A stretch of DNA of 63,123 nucleotides, filler included, from Reticulomyxa filosa (Eukaryota > Protista > Foraminifera), in the NCBI GenBank assembly GCA_000512085.1. It is 19 parts of 19 records of this genome, joined end to end, with 100 filler letters (N's around TTAATTAATTAA, not from the genome) between each part and the next. Parts side by side here need not be neighbours in the genome. Positions count along the whole stretch, not along the records: positions 36,358 to 39,604 come from ASPP01018712.1; positions 39,705 to 40,893 come from ASPP01021823.1; positions 40,994 to 43,491 come from ASPP01013680.1; positions 43,592 to 47,553 come from ASPP01020127.1; positions 47,654 to 50,069 come from ASPP01000330.1; positions 50,170 to 51,615 come from ASPP01023732.1; 13 more parts are not named here. The stretch is one strand, 5' to 3'. Below, piece by piece: positions 37,311-51,715 of the stretch. The stretch's first letter is position 1. Each line of letters starts with the position of its first letter. Both the position numbers and the translations under genes were made by a program. A model generated the notes under the pieces. That model had not been told where the DNA came from. It did no database searches and saw only the letters and a list, made by a program, of their open reading frames with translations.

Positions 37311-37914
37311 TGAATTTTTTTTTTTTTATGCTTGTTTCGTTCCTCCATACATACTCTCTTCTTTCATCCATCTTCCCCCCCTCCCCCCCCCTTTTTTTTT
37401 TTGACTCCAGTTTTAGTTGCTTTAAAGAAGCTCATGTGCACACTTCTCCATAAAAAAAAAAGAAAATCTATGCCTTGTGTGCGTATTTTTCTTTTAATTA
37501 CTACATGGTATACGTAACACTGTTGGTGAAAAGGGAGGAAAAGGGCTGTCTTTTTTTTTCCCTTGGTGTTTGACGTTGTCTACATTCCATCCACCAAACT
37601 CACTGGAAAATATGCCCGATGAAATAATCAATGACAATAAAAAAAAAAAAAAGGACTTGCATGCCACGCTGTTGACACAGTATCGCCAGAAATATGGATC
37701 AATACAACATATGAATACTGACCAGGTACTTTTTTTTTTTTTTTAGTAAATTTTTTTTTTTTTTTTTGGGAAAATGTGCTGTTTCTCAATGAACATAACG
37801 TGCCCCCTTCCATGATACAATCTACTTAGATAAAGCGGTTTTTTAAAAAAAAATGAAAGGTAGTGTATGTATGTGTGTGTGTGTGTGTGTGTGTGTGAAA
37901 AGGAATCAAAGGAG

Positions 37915-38583
37915 ATGATGCCAAGCTTAAAGCAGAACAGTAACAAAAACGCCATCAGTGCGGGTACAAATACGAACATAAGTACGAATACAAATGCAAA
38001 TACGAATACAAACACGAATACGAATACAAGCACCGTCACAACCACGGCCACGACTGTGACGAATGGCAATGCGAATGCAATGATACACGTAAGTCCAAAC
38101 CTGAGCGCCGACGGAAATGTAAATCAGAACGGGGGCGTGACAGCGGAGGGCATGATCAAAAGCAAAAGCGAGGAATTGGCAGGCGTGCAGTCATTGGGGA
38201 ATTGGGGGAAATTGGGACACTCGAACCATGCCACGCGCGCAACGAAGGGAGACATGGATATCCATTTCAATCTGCCGTCTTCGCAGTCGTCGTTGTCACA
38301 GTTGAATTACTTGATGGAGCAAATTGCAAGGAACTTGCATTTGTACAATGAAGAGCAATTACTTGTATTGTGGGAAAAAACCCAACAATTTCAAAGGCTA
38401 ATTCAAATGGAAATTGCACAGCGCTCTCGTCCTCAATCTCAATCTCAATTTCAATCTCAATTTCAATCCCAAAATAATACCACTAACACATCCATTCCAC
38501 TTCAAATACCTGTCGCTTCTACCTTTTTTGATTCCACCGCTCTCAAATACAACCACATTCAACTACGCTCACTCTTTGCTGGG

Positions 38584-38648
<65 letters not shown>

Positions 38649-39552
38649 TGCAAATTATGCTTATCTGTCGAATGAACCTGAACATTTGTTCAGTCGGAAT
38701 AGTTATGCACCAACAACCAGCAACGGCAATGCCAACGGAAATGGCAATATAAACCACAATGGCAATGCCAGTACCAATAGTCTTAGCAACAGTAGCACAA
38801 AGATATATCGCAAAAACATAGGTAGTGACAACAGCACGGGCTCATCCATGTTTACATCTATGTATGTTTCACCTTATTTGAAAGACACAAATGTGTGCAA
38901 TGGAAACGGGTTTCAAAACGTTGCTCATTTTGCTGGAATGTTTCCCAATACCAATGACATTCAATTACTTCGAATGCAAGCAAATACAACGACGCCAACA
39001 AACACGAATACCAATTCAAACACAAACACAAATACGAATACAAATACAGGTATAAACACGAATACGTATACAAACATCAATATGCACTTGCATTCTGATA
39101 CAGCCCAACACCCAAATCCAAATTCCAATCCGGTGTCGGTATCAATTCCAATGTCGTATTCGAATTCGACAGCAAGTCCAAACTTCTTGCAAGAGAAGAC
39201 GACAGTGTGTCCTTGGATGCCATTCGAGCCATTGATGAAATCCACAGAAGCTGTTAACGTCTTGAATCATACGATTCACGGTGCGATGGATCATCACAAT
39301 TTCAAATCGCACTCGGCCAACTGTCACAAGCGGAACATGTCTTTTGATCACTACGACGAAGATGCCAATTTCCTTGCCATGGCAAGAAAGCGAATACGTC
39401 TCAATCCTAACAACGCCAACAACCACGGCGTTCATCACACGCCCGATCCCATTGCGCATTCTCATCTCTATGACAATTTTGACACCGACATGTTCTGGCT
39501 GCAGTTAGAAAAGATACCCAATCATCCTGACAGTGATCTGTTGTTCTGCTGA
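37915..39552 (+). CDS. Asn/Thr-rich low-complexity protein (last exon; possibly continues the upstream gene)
   Basis: Open frame >540 codons with NT repeats, poly-N, a short helical segment and a basic KRIR motif; no recognisable domain. Confidence 0.7.
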
Positions 39553-39571
39553 ATTATCTGCAAAAAAAAAA

Positions 39572-39604
<33 letters not shown>

Positions 39605-39704
39605 NNNNNNNNNNNNNNNNNNNNNNNNNNNNNNNNNNNNNNNNNNNNTTAATTAATTAANNNNNNNNNNNNNNNNNNNNNNNNNNNNNNNNNNNNNNNN
39701 NNNN

Positions 39705-40890
39705 AACATACTGCCAACGGATAGTCCAACATTTCCCCAACTGTGCTCCAACAAGCCTCCGACACAACCACCAACAGACAGTCCGACTTAATATTCAATG
39801 ATCCACCAACTGGCGCTCCAACGTTTTGCCAAAGTTTTTCCTCTCCAACCTTTCTCCGACAGGTACTCCAACAAGCGCTCCAACATTTTACTACTACGAC
39901 CTACATTCGTCGAACTTATTTGCCAACAAATACTCCAACGGACGCAACCTTCTATCCAACATATTCAACGAACGCCCCAACATTAGTCCCACATACTCGC
40001 CAACCTATTCATCAACGGAATCACCGACCGATTCACACAAGCAGTTGCCAACTTATTCTCCAATGGATGAGCTGACATTATGTCCAGCCTATTATCAACG
40101 GGTTCCCGACATTTAGTCCCACGTACTCGCCAACGAAGTCGCCAACTAACGCGCCAACATAGTCACCAACGTATCCAACTTTTCAACAACAAATGTGCCA
40201 ACGAAGTCGCCAAACAATCGCTAACGGACAGCACAACTTATTCCCAACGGCTCCAACATTCAATCCAAACTATTCTCCACCAACTGGTGCTCCAACACAA
40301 TCACCAATTTACTCGCCAACATATTTGCCAACGGGCACTCCAACGTATTCGCCAGCATACTCGCAGTCGTTAGTAAATTTGTAACGAGGGCATTTGACAT
40401 ATTGAAGCACTCGCGCACGCAAAAGAAAAAAGACATGTTCTATTCATCGCAAGTGTTGCTTTCATGTTATTAGGTAACGTTTTGAGCGTGATGACCAATA
40501 ACCAACGAAGAAGACAGGCCAAGAGCTGTATGCATCGTCGTTTATTGCTCAATTTATCGACAAGAGCTTAGATATATTGAAACCCGACTATCTAAAGAAC
40601 AATGATGGACGAATGTGGATCATTAAATGAGAGATCTTCAAGTCTTTTTGCTGGTTCACCACAAAGGCAAATGAGTACCTCATTCAAAAGTTCCGTCGCG
40701 AGGTGGCCAACGCGAGAAGACAGCAGTGTCTTGAATAGAAGAAAGCACGCAAGTTGGCTTTGATTACGGCCAAAGACACACGAAAACAAAAGCGCAATTA
40801 CGAAGCGAGATGAATTGATCGAACAGCTGCTGCGCATCACAAAGTCGGTGATCCATTTGCGGTTCGTTTGGAAATATTTGGTACGTTATC
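39705..40890 (+). pseudogene. Decayed PT/SPT-repeat (mucin-like) membrane-protein gene
   Basis: PTYSPT/PTGAPT repeats split across frames, then a hydrophobic segment (~40435-40500) and a stop-interrupted tail. Confidence 0.6.
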
Positions 40891-41073
40891 GACNNNNNNN
40901 NNNNNNNNNNNNNNNNNNNNNNNNNNNNNNNNNNNNNTTAATTAATTAANNNNNNNNNNNNNNNNNNNNNNNNNNNNNNNNNNNNNNNNNNNNAAACAAC
41001 TTTTGTTTCTCTGTTCACTTGTTTCTCTCTAGTAAAAAAAAAATGATAAGTTATTGCTTGCTTTTCAATACAG

Positions 41074-42037
41074 ATGCCTCCTATCGCGATTTGAATGACT
41101 TCTTGACAGAAAAGTCAGGAAATTGGATAACTCCATATTATGACGACGATGAAACTGGGTTTCCGCCGCCTTTACACTGCTTACCATATTGTCAAACGGT
41201 GCCTTTTAGCTTGACGTCATTTCAACCTACAGAATGGAATGTCGCCTTTCGCTTAGATGATTACATCTTAAATGACAATTTGGAGCAGTTTCCCCCTCTT
41301 CCCCTTTATTGTATATGTATATGCACATATACATATTTATATAAGACGCAACACATGTGCACTGTTTATTTCGAACCATCCTAGATCGGGTTGGTATAAG
41401 GAAGGATGGACTTATGGCCAAGAAGCGTGGTTAGATGATAAAATCGGAGGACAAGGATCTATTGATCATAAGTTATACAATTGCTTTGTGCTATATTTTC
41501 AAGGAAGGGTTTATAAAAAAAAAAAAATGGCTTCAATCAAAATAAAACAGAGCACACTTGTTGTGATATGGTTGGATATACAGATTTGTGTTTCGTCCAA
41601 ACAATGATAATTATGATACGTTGTCAATGGAATATCGTAATTTGAATGCTCGAGAAAAGGGCGAACAATCACTTCCACAATATTTTAAATCACAAGGCTT
41701 CGCATTGGAAATTGGAATTAAAGTTCCGTGGAATGGAAATCACTCCTTGGTGCTATATTCTGGTTTGGATGCTCATCGTTTTGGACCTAACAACTCGTAC
41801 AGTGCGTTCTTGGAACCATTGGCATTACAAAATAAGAAAGGTGACAAACGTGAAAAAGAAAAGCCTTGGTTTGATAAAGATACCGACATTACCAGCCGTT
41901 GCGTTCACAAGCCCAAAGCTGCAATTGGTTGTCATATTCGTAGCATTCCTCCAGGAAAATACAAACTTTTAATTGTGCTGAATAATATCACCGACAGTGC
42001 ATGGACCGAAGGTATTGGGTTTGTTGCAGCTTATTGA
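41074..42037 (+). CDS. Uncharacterised protein, 3' part; introns 41288-41384 and 41472-41583
   Basis: Three exons join in frame through GT-AG introns (NDNLEQ|SGWYKEGW...DHK|FVFRPNN); no family recognised. Confidence 0.7.
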
Positions 42038-42730
42038 TCCAACTTAACAATCTCATCCAAAAAGAAACAAAATCAAGCTTGTGTTAGTTTATTTGTTTGT
42101 CATTTTCTTTTTTCCTTTATCACTTATCATCCATCTCTTATGTTGTTCGATCAGCTGCTCAATTTAAACTAAGTTTTGACACTGGAAGCATTTTTGCTGA
42201 AAATAATTTTCATTTACAACAAAAACAACTAAAAAAGATTCACATAACAAGAAAAAAATAGCTGAATAAAAAATTAGTGGATAACACTCTGTTTCACCAA
42301 TTTTTTTGTAATACATCTTCCAAAATTTCACAAATTTCGAGAAGAACACAAAATCGAAATATCTCCAACAAACAATATGTTACCAACCAAAAAAAGGAAA
42401 ACAAACAACAATAAAAATGATGGTCAAAACAAGCAATTTAGTTACATGCGGCACTGTTTTGGAGTACAGAAAAACGTAATAAAGTAGCCAAGCGTTTGGC
42501 TTTTTTGAAGTTTTACTAAAAGAAAAAATTAAAAAAACAAAAGATTAAAAAAAAGAATAAGAAAACGCAAGCTACAAACAAAAACAAAAAAAGACAAGCA
42601 TTTAAAAATAGTTATGTCCGAATGCCGAAGGGACTTATGAATACATGCGTCCCCACCTCTAAAAGTTGAAACTGAAATGAGCAGAATAAATGTTAAAACA
42701 GTGATATTTTCATCGTTGAGATATTTAATT

Positions 42731-43408
42731 TAATTTGCCCCAACGTTGACAAATGCTTCATCTTCATACGCCCCTCCGTCATCATCACTGTCATTTCTGG
42801 TTAAATTATAGAAATCTTCGGCCTTGATGTCTTGCTTTACGAAGTGTTCTCCATTTGATTCCCTCCCACTTCTTTTTTTTTTTTTTTTAAGAAATATATT
42901 TACTGCCATTTAGATCAAAACAAACAAACAAAAAAAGTGTCTAATTTTTTCATTTTTAAATTACCTGTATGTTGTCTAGACCTTTTTCCGAGTATTCCGT
43001 ATGCGAAGTATTTCCAGCAGTATTAATAAGTGAATGAATAAAAGTATTCGTTTGTACTGATGCTTCTAATGCATTACGAGGTGTATTACGCGCACTCATA
43101 GACATGGTTTTTTTTCTCATTTCTGCGTCACGTCTTTCTTTATGATTGGAAACCATATTAGTATTGGTTCTTCGGGCTTGTTGTGTTGTTCTTTTTGTTC
43201 TTGGTGGGGGAATAGCGTGGTCGAGTGCAGCAGGAGCACTCAACTCTCGGGCGTTTTCCGTATTCTTGCCGTCATCTTCATCACTGTACTGCCCCGTCCA
43301 ATTCCGGTCTAGCTCGGATATATCCGGAAATTGATTCGAATGAAATGCATTGAGTCTTACCTCGGCGTTTGGCTTGTGAGAATAAAGACCTAATGATTGA
43401 GTAGACAC
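42731..43408 (-). CDS. Uncharacterised protein, C-terminal exons
   Basis: 150-aa ORF followed by an A-run acceptor (~42872) and an acidic last exon; exact phase unresolved. Confidence 0.4.
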
Positions 43409-43591
43409 GGGGGTTGTTGCTTTGTTCTATGGTATTGTGTTGTAATTTGTATGTCGAATGTCTATATGTGTATGCGTGCTTTATTTTTTTTNNNNNNNNN
43501 NNNNNNNNNNNNNNNNNNNNNNNNNNNNNNNNNNNTTAATTAATTAANNNNNNNNNNNNNNNNNNNNNNNNNNNNNNNNNNNNNNNNNNNN

Positions 43592-43624
<33 letters not shown>

Positions 43625-43644
43625 AAACAAATAATCAAAAACAG

Positions 43645-45388
43645 CTATTGGAATGAATACCTGTTAACTTGTCAAGATATGCATGTGCGATGTCATGTAG
43701 TGGGATTGACTATATCTGCAATGCAGGCAGTGTTGACAGTGGAACGACCATTGTATTACGTGCACAAAGATCTTAAGATTGAAGACCCAGATGTGACAGC
43801 AAAAGAAGTGCGCACCAGTGCAAGTGCAAGTGCAAATGCAATGCAAATGCAAATGCAAATGCAAATGTAAATGCAAATGTAAATGTAAGTGCGAATACAA
43901 ATGCAAATGCAAATACAAGTCATGGCGTTGCAGATGTGAACAAACAAGACTTGATTCAACTTTCTTATCCGGCTGCATTTTCGGAACAAAAAATGGACAA
44001 TGGTGGACATCGAGTGCAAACAACCAGTGACGATGTGTTGATAAATTTGAATATGGACCACGACAGTGACTTGGATGAGATGCTTGATGCTACTGCATCT
44101 CTCCCGTCATTTGATCGCTCCAACGTAGAAATGCAAGATTCGGAGGCATTTAAAAAAATTCCAAACCAAAACTTGGTTTACTTTCAAACTCGTTCCATTG
44201 TTGTCACTATTTTGGACCAAACGTGCAAGCTGTTGCTGCAGGCAACACACTATTGGAAACAATTTGACCAATACTGGCTTTTTTTCAAAAATTTTGCAGA
44301 GCTTGGTTGTCCAGAAAGACAACTGTTGCTAGAAAGACATTGGGTCACTGAATGCATTCGGTTTCAACAAGGCAAAAAAAAGCCAGATTTATTGTCTCAA
44401 TTAGTTCGTTGACTATATTCTTTGTTTTGAGTTGTTGATTTGTATTTGACAACAACAACAACAACAAAACAATAGATAACGGATGACAAAATGTACTCAC
44501 CTATCGAAATGACAAGCGACACTGGAGAACCAAACTATGCAGATATGTTGGAAATGATAGCAATATTGGTTTGCTCCTCTGCTCCGCCGAAACTTAAGAA
44601 AGAATTGGAAATGCTTTTGAGACAACGCATGTCGGCACCCGACAACTCAACACAAAAAATGCCAGTGACAACAGACTTGTTTCAACAGCATTATTCGTAC
44701 ATTTACAATCGCTTTGGGTATCAATGGTTTATTCCAAATCTACCGGAGACAACCATGGTTCATTCCAATGCGTTGTTGACTCTGCCAACCTCGGAATCTA
44801 AAACATTATCCAATCCTACGATTTGGAATCGATTGTTACGTAAAAATCCTCATGCTGTGTCTCGTATTATTTGTCATTTATCTTGGATGAATAAAGAGTA
44901 CAGTAAAAAATGTGTTAGCATGTTTATCAAATATTTTGAAACTGTTGAGTAACATATATATATTCTTACATAATACATAACTTATGCTTTGTTTTTGATC
45001 TGCTTTGGACAACTCTAATGCTTTGAATTGGTCTTTCTGGCTTTTTATACAGTCGGACGAATTACATTATCCATCATGTTTTATTATCATCCGTGACTTT
45101 TTGAAACTTAAGGATTACAAAGAAATAGCTTTTGAAGAACAGATGGAAGACAGCGAACAGCTGGAAATGTCAAGCTATGATATTCGCGTGTTTAGCTCGA
45201 TACGTGTGGATCGATTCTTTACTCAACTCATTCCACTTGTCAATAACTGGATTCTCAAAAACCACTCCCATGGGGCTGCACAATCATGTTGTCAATTCAT
45301 TGACGAACTTATCAAGAAAATCCGTTATGTGCTGTGTATTTTAGAAATAAATCAAACACACCTCCAGTGGAGTTGTACCGAAAATTGA
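43645..45388 (+). CDS. C-terminal region of a USP9/USP24-like (fat facets) deubiquitinase (5' partial); frameshift ~43840; introns 44404-44475 and 44944-45052
   Basis: HYWKQFDQYWLFFKNFAELGCPERQLLL and RIICHLSWMNKEYSKKCV resemble conserved USP9/24 C-terminal blocks; similarity judged from memory. Confidence 0.6.
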
Positions 45389-46092
45389 TATCAAATAAAT
45401 CTTTTTGGCTTACAACCAAAACTTCTTTTCCTTGACATATTATTCAATGTCAACGTACACCTGTATTCTCGTTTCTGTTTGATTTTTTTTGTTTTTTTTT
45501 GCGTTTACTGCCAAAAAGGTTGGGTTTTTTTGGCTTTTTAGTTTTTGGCGTGTTGTTTGGTTGTGTTTGCACACATACATTGTCTTCGTAAATTGCCTTG
45601 ACTTCACACACTGGCTAACACCATTGTACGTAAATGATGTTATGATCAGCACAAATAAACTAAATTGACACTTTCTTTTGAACTTGAAATTGAAAGATTT
45701 AAAAACTTTCTGGGTTGTTTGTTAAATTTTTTTGTAATTGGTCAAAGTTTCATAGTGCACGTTTTCACTTAATAAGCTAGACAAAATTCAGAGTGAATTT
45801 TTCACAAGTTAAAATTAGTGATAAAAGAATGAGAATATAGACATCTACGTCTTCTGAATGAAGGTTGCTGACCTGTCAAGTTTTGTGCTCTAGATATCAG
45901 TGGTTTAAAATCGTAACAAACCGTAAGTTTTCATTTTTTACAGTAATGGCGACAAAGAGTTGTCACATGCGAAAAATATCGGAGTAATAAAAAAAGCAAA
46001 TATAAATTAAAGGTTATGGAACATAGTTGAAAGGATAAAAAAACAGGGTTCAAATGTTTCCTTCCATGAAACTTCAATTAATATTGCGTCAC

Positions 46093-47511
46093 TCAATCCA
46101 AGTCCAATTTTCCAAATCTTTCCACAGCAGCCTTTTCTAGCGATTCTCTGTGGTCAGGATGTGCTAGGTTAATTAATAATTTAGCTCTTTCGCGTAAGCT
46201 CTTACCATACAATTTGGCAAAGCCGTACTCAGTTACGACATATTGTACGTGAGCCCTTGTTGTAACTACTCCAGAACCTTGTTTCAAAGTCGGAACGATC
46301 TTGCTCTGTCCTTTTCCAGTGGTTGATGAAAAAGCCATGATCGCTTTTCCTTCTTTTGACAAACTTGCGCCACGCATAAAGTCCATTTGACCCCCAACTC
46401 CAGAATACATACGAGTTCCAATGGAATCTGCACAAACTTGGCCAGTGATATCAACCTGTTGACAAATCAAACAACCCTTTTTCTCATTTAGAAATAGAAC
46501 GAAAAGAAACAAAATCAACAAAAAAAAGTTGGATGTTTGCAAAGGTCCCCCCTCTCCCGCCTTTTCGTCAAAGACAATAATGTCAATGCGATTTTTTTAA
46601 CTTCGATACAAGAATTGATAGCATGCACGCGATCATTGGAACGAATGACACCAACGTCGTTGACATAACTACAATCAAAGAACAAGACCGAAGGGTTATC
46701 ATTAATGAAATCATATAGTTTTTTGGATCCCATGCAAAATGAAGAAACCGTTTTTCCACGGTGTTGATATTTGTAGGAATTGGAAATGACACCAGAATTG
46801 ACCAAATGCAGCATTCCGTCACTACACATTTCCGTGTGTATACCAATATCTTTGTGGTGAGTCAAATTTTTCAAAACACTATCTGGGATTCCACCAATGC
46901 CCATTTGCAGACATGCGCGTCCGGAATTAAGTTTTCAGCAATTATTTGACCGATTTTATCCGCTGCTTCGTCCACCTCGCCGCCTGCTTTAATCTCTGGC
47001 AACGATGTATCATGATGCACCACATTTTGAAAATGCGATATATGGATTTGTCCATCACCGTGTGTTCTAGGTACATTCTTGTTCACCAATCCGACCACAT
47101 ACTTTGCTGCCAATATTGCAGCCCTATTTTTTTTGTTTTGTTTATGTTTATGTTTTTTTTTTTTATTTTGTTTTTAATTTTCCTGCCATTGTACCCCCTT
47201 TTTTTTTTTAAAAAAAAAAATTTTCCGTACTTGCCAAAGGTGCATTGTTTTTTTTTGTGTTAAAAAAAAAAAAAAAGAATAGACCTTGTGCAGTCGACAC
47301 TAGTTCCCAATGAACAAAAGCCATGTTTATCCGGTGGTGAGACCTGTAACAACGCGACATCCAATTTGTAGTCTGGGTCTTGGAACAGTCTCGGAATTTC
47401 ACTCAAAAAAATTGGGGTAAAATCTGCCAATCCACTGTTCACAGCATTGCGAAGATTCCCTCCAATGAACAGTGAGTTGTCACGAAAATGCGCACTGTAT
47501 TCTGGGGAAAT
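46093..47511 (-). CDS. Acetyl-CoA hydrolase / 4-hydroxybutyrate CoA-transferase family (ASCT-like), 5' partial; introns 47284-47124 and 46601-46456; frameshift ~46918
   Basis: ADFTPIFLSEIP, QVSPPDKHGFCSLGTSVD, LQMGIGGIPD, GIHTEM, INSCIEVDITGQVCADSIG..MYSGVGGQMDF, YVVTEYG. Confidence 0.95.
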
Positions 47512-47719
47512 CTTTTTTTTTTTTTTTTTGAAATATGAAAATTTTTTTTTTTTNNNNNNNNNNNNNNNNNNNNNNNNNNNNNNNNNNNNNNNNNNNNTTA
47601 ATTAATTAANNNNNNNNNNNNNNNNNNNNNNNNNNNNNNNNNNNNNNNNNNNNGTTTTAAAAAGTAGTTGAAGTTTGATGCTGTCACACACACACACACA
47701 CACACACACACCAAAAAGA

Positions 47720-49534
47720 GGGATGCATCGAACAATGAGTTGCAAGAAGAATTTGGAGCCACTACAACGATCATGCCTGAGGGAAACTGGAAAAGCACGC
47801 TCCATGATAACGTGCAAGCCGAGTTATTGAATGTTTTGTTGATCAAAAGAGGAGTATGTATTTGTTGCTGCGTTCATGTTTTCTCTTTCTTTCTTTCTTT
47901 CTTTCTTGTTTGCATTGGGTTATCGTTTGGTGGATTGGACCAACATAGCATTGATCTCACGGAGTCGGCCGATGATTTCCCTAGCAAACAATGGGACATG
48001 AACGACCTACCACAAGTGAAGATCGTAGGAGAGGAGATTCTCTCTTTATACGAAAACGAGAATTCGAATAATGACTTGTTGGAACCCATCCCTCATCCAC
48101 AAGAGCATCTTGCCGCCTCCGAATCGCTTTTTCCGGAAGATTTCAAGTTGCCACAAGGAAACTCGCCAACTAAACCATCTGCAGCACAAGAATACAAGCC
48201 TATCCATAACATATATTTTGATCCACCGGAATGGTATTCAACACGATTTCATGCCACCGATCTCACCTATTCATTTTCGCCACAATCTGAATGTATGCTT
48301 CATTACAATCAAATACTAACTCTTCTTTCTACACAAGGACAACTGTGTATCTATTTATGTTCTTGTACAAAAGCCGAAGACAAAGAGAATGGAAACAAGG
48401 AAAATGAAAAGCAAAAGCAAAAGGAAAAGGAAAAGGAAACCAAAAAAGAAAAGGAAAATGAAAGTGAAAATGGAAATTACCAAAAGGAACTCCAAAAAGA
48501 GAGTGGCAATAATAGTAATGATAATAAAGATAACAACAAAGATGGTGACAATGGTAATGATAAAGATAATGATAATATGAATGTGAGTGAGAATGAGAAT
48601 GAGAATGAGAATAAGAATAAGAATGATAATGAGAATAAGAATAAGAATGATAATGAAAATGATAACACAATTAAAAATAATAATAATAATAATGATAATA
48701 ATGATAATGATGATGATGATGATAATGAGAAAGAAATAGGAATAGAAGAAAGAGAAAAAATGAAAAACTTGAACATACCAACATCAACGGACATGATCAA
48801 CAGCAATTAATGGATGTCGCAGAATTAGAAGCAAATGAAGAAAAAGAACTCATAGCCAATACCAACTTTGAAACACCAAAACGTCGACCTCTGCCATTAA
48901 ATGACGAAACTATAGTCCAAACTGTCATTAAACAAACTATCGCAAAACAACAACAGCGTGCAGAAGAATGTGCCAAATTAAAAGAGCAACTGTTGGCTGA
49001 GTCATCTCAAAATAATATGTGTGTATCCTCTCTCACATCTGTTTTTGATAAAAAGTTAAAACAAAAACGAGCCTTGGAACAGTCAAGGGACGAATTTTTA
49101 TCAGTTTATAAAGACAAACAAGTGGATCAGCTCAGTCTTGTAGACAAAGTGAAACTGCTGCGTTCGGTAAGTAAAATTCTTTTTTTAGTTTCAGTCGAAA
49201 AAGTTTCATCCTTTTATCTTTATTCACTTCACAGACGGACCGTAAACGATCTTTTTCTGAGTTACAAAGATCAGATGAAGACCAAGAAAATTTCAACTCG
49301 AGAATTAAACGCTATTTGTTGAACAATTCTCTATCTTTGACACCGTCGCCAAACAACGAGCAAATACATGAAGTTGAAAATAACGTTATGCAAGATACTA
49401 TAAAGAAATTTGACCGGAACGCTTCTCTCAATGAATTTCTTAAATCTAGTGTTCAGGATTTGCAAAAGGAACTAGTTCTTTACAGATTATCTATGGTGAT
49501 GGGAAAAAACGATAAAGAACAAGTTCATTCCTGA
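47720..49534 (+). CDS. Uncharacterised protein exons with an N/D/E/K low-complexity tract
   Basis: Consecutive long ORFs 47668-48810, 48810-49322 and 49316-49534, probably joined by introns or frameshifts; no domain recognised. Confidence 0.5.
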
Positions 49535-50325
49535 CCTCTACCAATGATTAATATTATTCACAATGTGACTTTATGTTTCTAAAAAAAGGAGAAAAAATCT
49601 AATCAGTACAATAAACAACAAAATGATTTTCTTGATTCAGAAAATCTATTTCTGTCTTTGTTTAATTTGGTTTTATTGAAATTTGGCTAAGCTTAATGGT
49701 AATATCAATCCGTGCCTTTCCACATAATTATTTGCATTTATTTAAAAATGTTAAAAGATAATAAACTTTACATCATTTTCTAAACATCTGGGCAATTTTC
49801 AATTTTTCCATTCCTTTCACCGTGGAATTAACTTGCTTTTTTCAAGCACTTATGTGCCAGTTCATCGTGTTTGAACTCTTCTAACTTAAATTTTTTTAAA
49901 AAAATGACATTATGGAAAGACTCAGTTTATATGAGACATCTGCTTTTTTTCTTTCAGCATTTTTTGTTGCTGCTAAAGATCAACTTATTTTTGCTATGCT
50001 TCTCTTGCTATTCCAAAGGAATAAAAGAATATGATTTTTCTCAAAGATTACGAATGATACAAGTATAATNNNNNNNNNNNNNNNNNNNNNNNNNNNNNNN
50101 NNNNNNNNNNNNNTTAATTAATTAANNNNNNNNNNNNNNNNNNNNNNNNNNNNNNNNNNNNNNNNNNNNCTCACATGAAAACAAAAACGAGTGAATGGTT
50201 GAGTGAAGAAGAAATAGGTTGAAAATGGGAGCAGAAGAGGAGAAGAAAAATGAACTGAATAAAACAGTAAAAACACAGAAAACAAACAAAACAAAAAGAC
50301 AGTACAATTTACTTTTGCTTTTTGT

Positions 50326-51100
50326 CTAAGCAAAACGTTTCCATCTGATCAACAAAGCATTCCAGACTCGTTCTTGTTCTTCCTTTTCCATGTTTTTCAG
50401 TTCTGCGTAAGAATTCACTAAAATTGGATTAAGTTGAGGATTAGCATAAACATCTAACAGTTGTTCTCTCATTTCTTCTGATTGTCGCAAAATAAATGTC
50501 AGCAATGATTCGTAGGTTTCAGCTATAAGTTTGATGTTGGATAGCAAAACACAGACGTGCAAAATAAATCATAAACACTTAAAAAAAAGAGTCTAGAGTT
50601 TTGGAATCGAAGGTAAAAAAAAAAAATTAAATTATGATAATACCAGCAGTTACTCCAGTTGTATTTCTTTTCAACGTGGTAGAGCGACTTGGTTTGTGGT
50701 TCTTGCTATTAAAACTTGGTGACTCTGTTCTCATTCCATCCATTATCACAAAGATTGGATGCAAAGATAGCAATTGATGGCACGTTTCAAAAAGAGAGAG
50801 AAAAAGTAAAAAATATAGCAACAACTACATATAACAAAAAAAGCATTTCATCTCACCTTCGGCTTTATCATTATTGCTTGGTGACGTTACGGAAGCGTCT
50901 TCATTGGAATAGCTTTCTGGCGGTGGAATTTTAACGTGTGTATCCGACGACGATTTTTCCGATACTTGCGCAACTGGACTAGTACTTGCGTTCACTGTAG
51001 TTTCTTCCGTTACACCAGGTAGATGATCATTTGCTTGTGGACTTGGCCCACCTGATAATTGTTTTCAATCATGCAAGTATTACATTTCACACATATGGCA
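50326..51100 (-). CDS. Uncharacterised protein, 3' exons
   Basis: Last exon ...ETYESLLTFILRQSEEMREQLL...RWKRFA* plus S/T/P-rich upstream exon-like segments. Confidence 0.4.
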
Positions 51101-51715
51101 AATACCGAAAGGAGATGCAAAAAAAAAAAAAAAAGATAAAGGGGGGGGGGGGGAAAGAGGGGTACGAGATGAAACGTCTATAAATAAAATAAAAATAAAC
51201 AGCTAGCTGGATGGGTCAGTCTTTCGTTCCTATGGTTTGACCATCAACAACAAATACAAAGAAATATTTGCCCAGAAATGCATACAAAGAAGTGTGAACA
51301 AGAAATGCGAGACAGACAACAACAGCAACAATCAACAATAAAACACTTACTTGCACAAATCGCATGGAATCATGTCTTTTGTGATCTTTTTCGTTCATTT
51401 TTCGTCGAATTTTGATCGGTGGCACAAACAAAGCCCGTTTTCCTTCCGTCTATTTTTCACAACCGATGTTTATTTATTTAATGTGCAGAAACGGCTTTCT
51501 TTTAGTTTTTTATTGAATCCTATAGCTTTTTAATGGGTGAGGAGGGTTAATGTATTTTTTTTTTTTTTCCTTGCTCCTTAAACTTTTTTTTTTATGAGAT
51601 TGTTTTTTTTTGAGGNNNNNNNNNNNNNNNNNNNNNNNNNNNNNNNNNNNNNNNNNNNNTTAATTAATTAANNNNNNNNNNNNNNNNNNNNNNNNNNNNN
51701 NNNNNNNNNNNNNNN

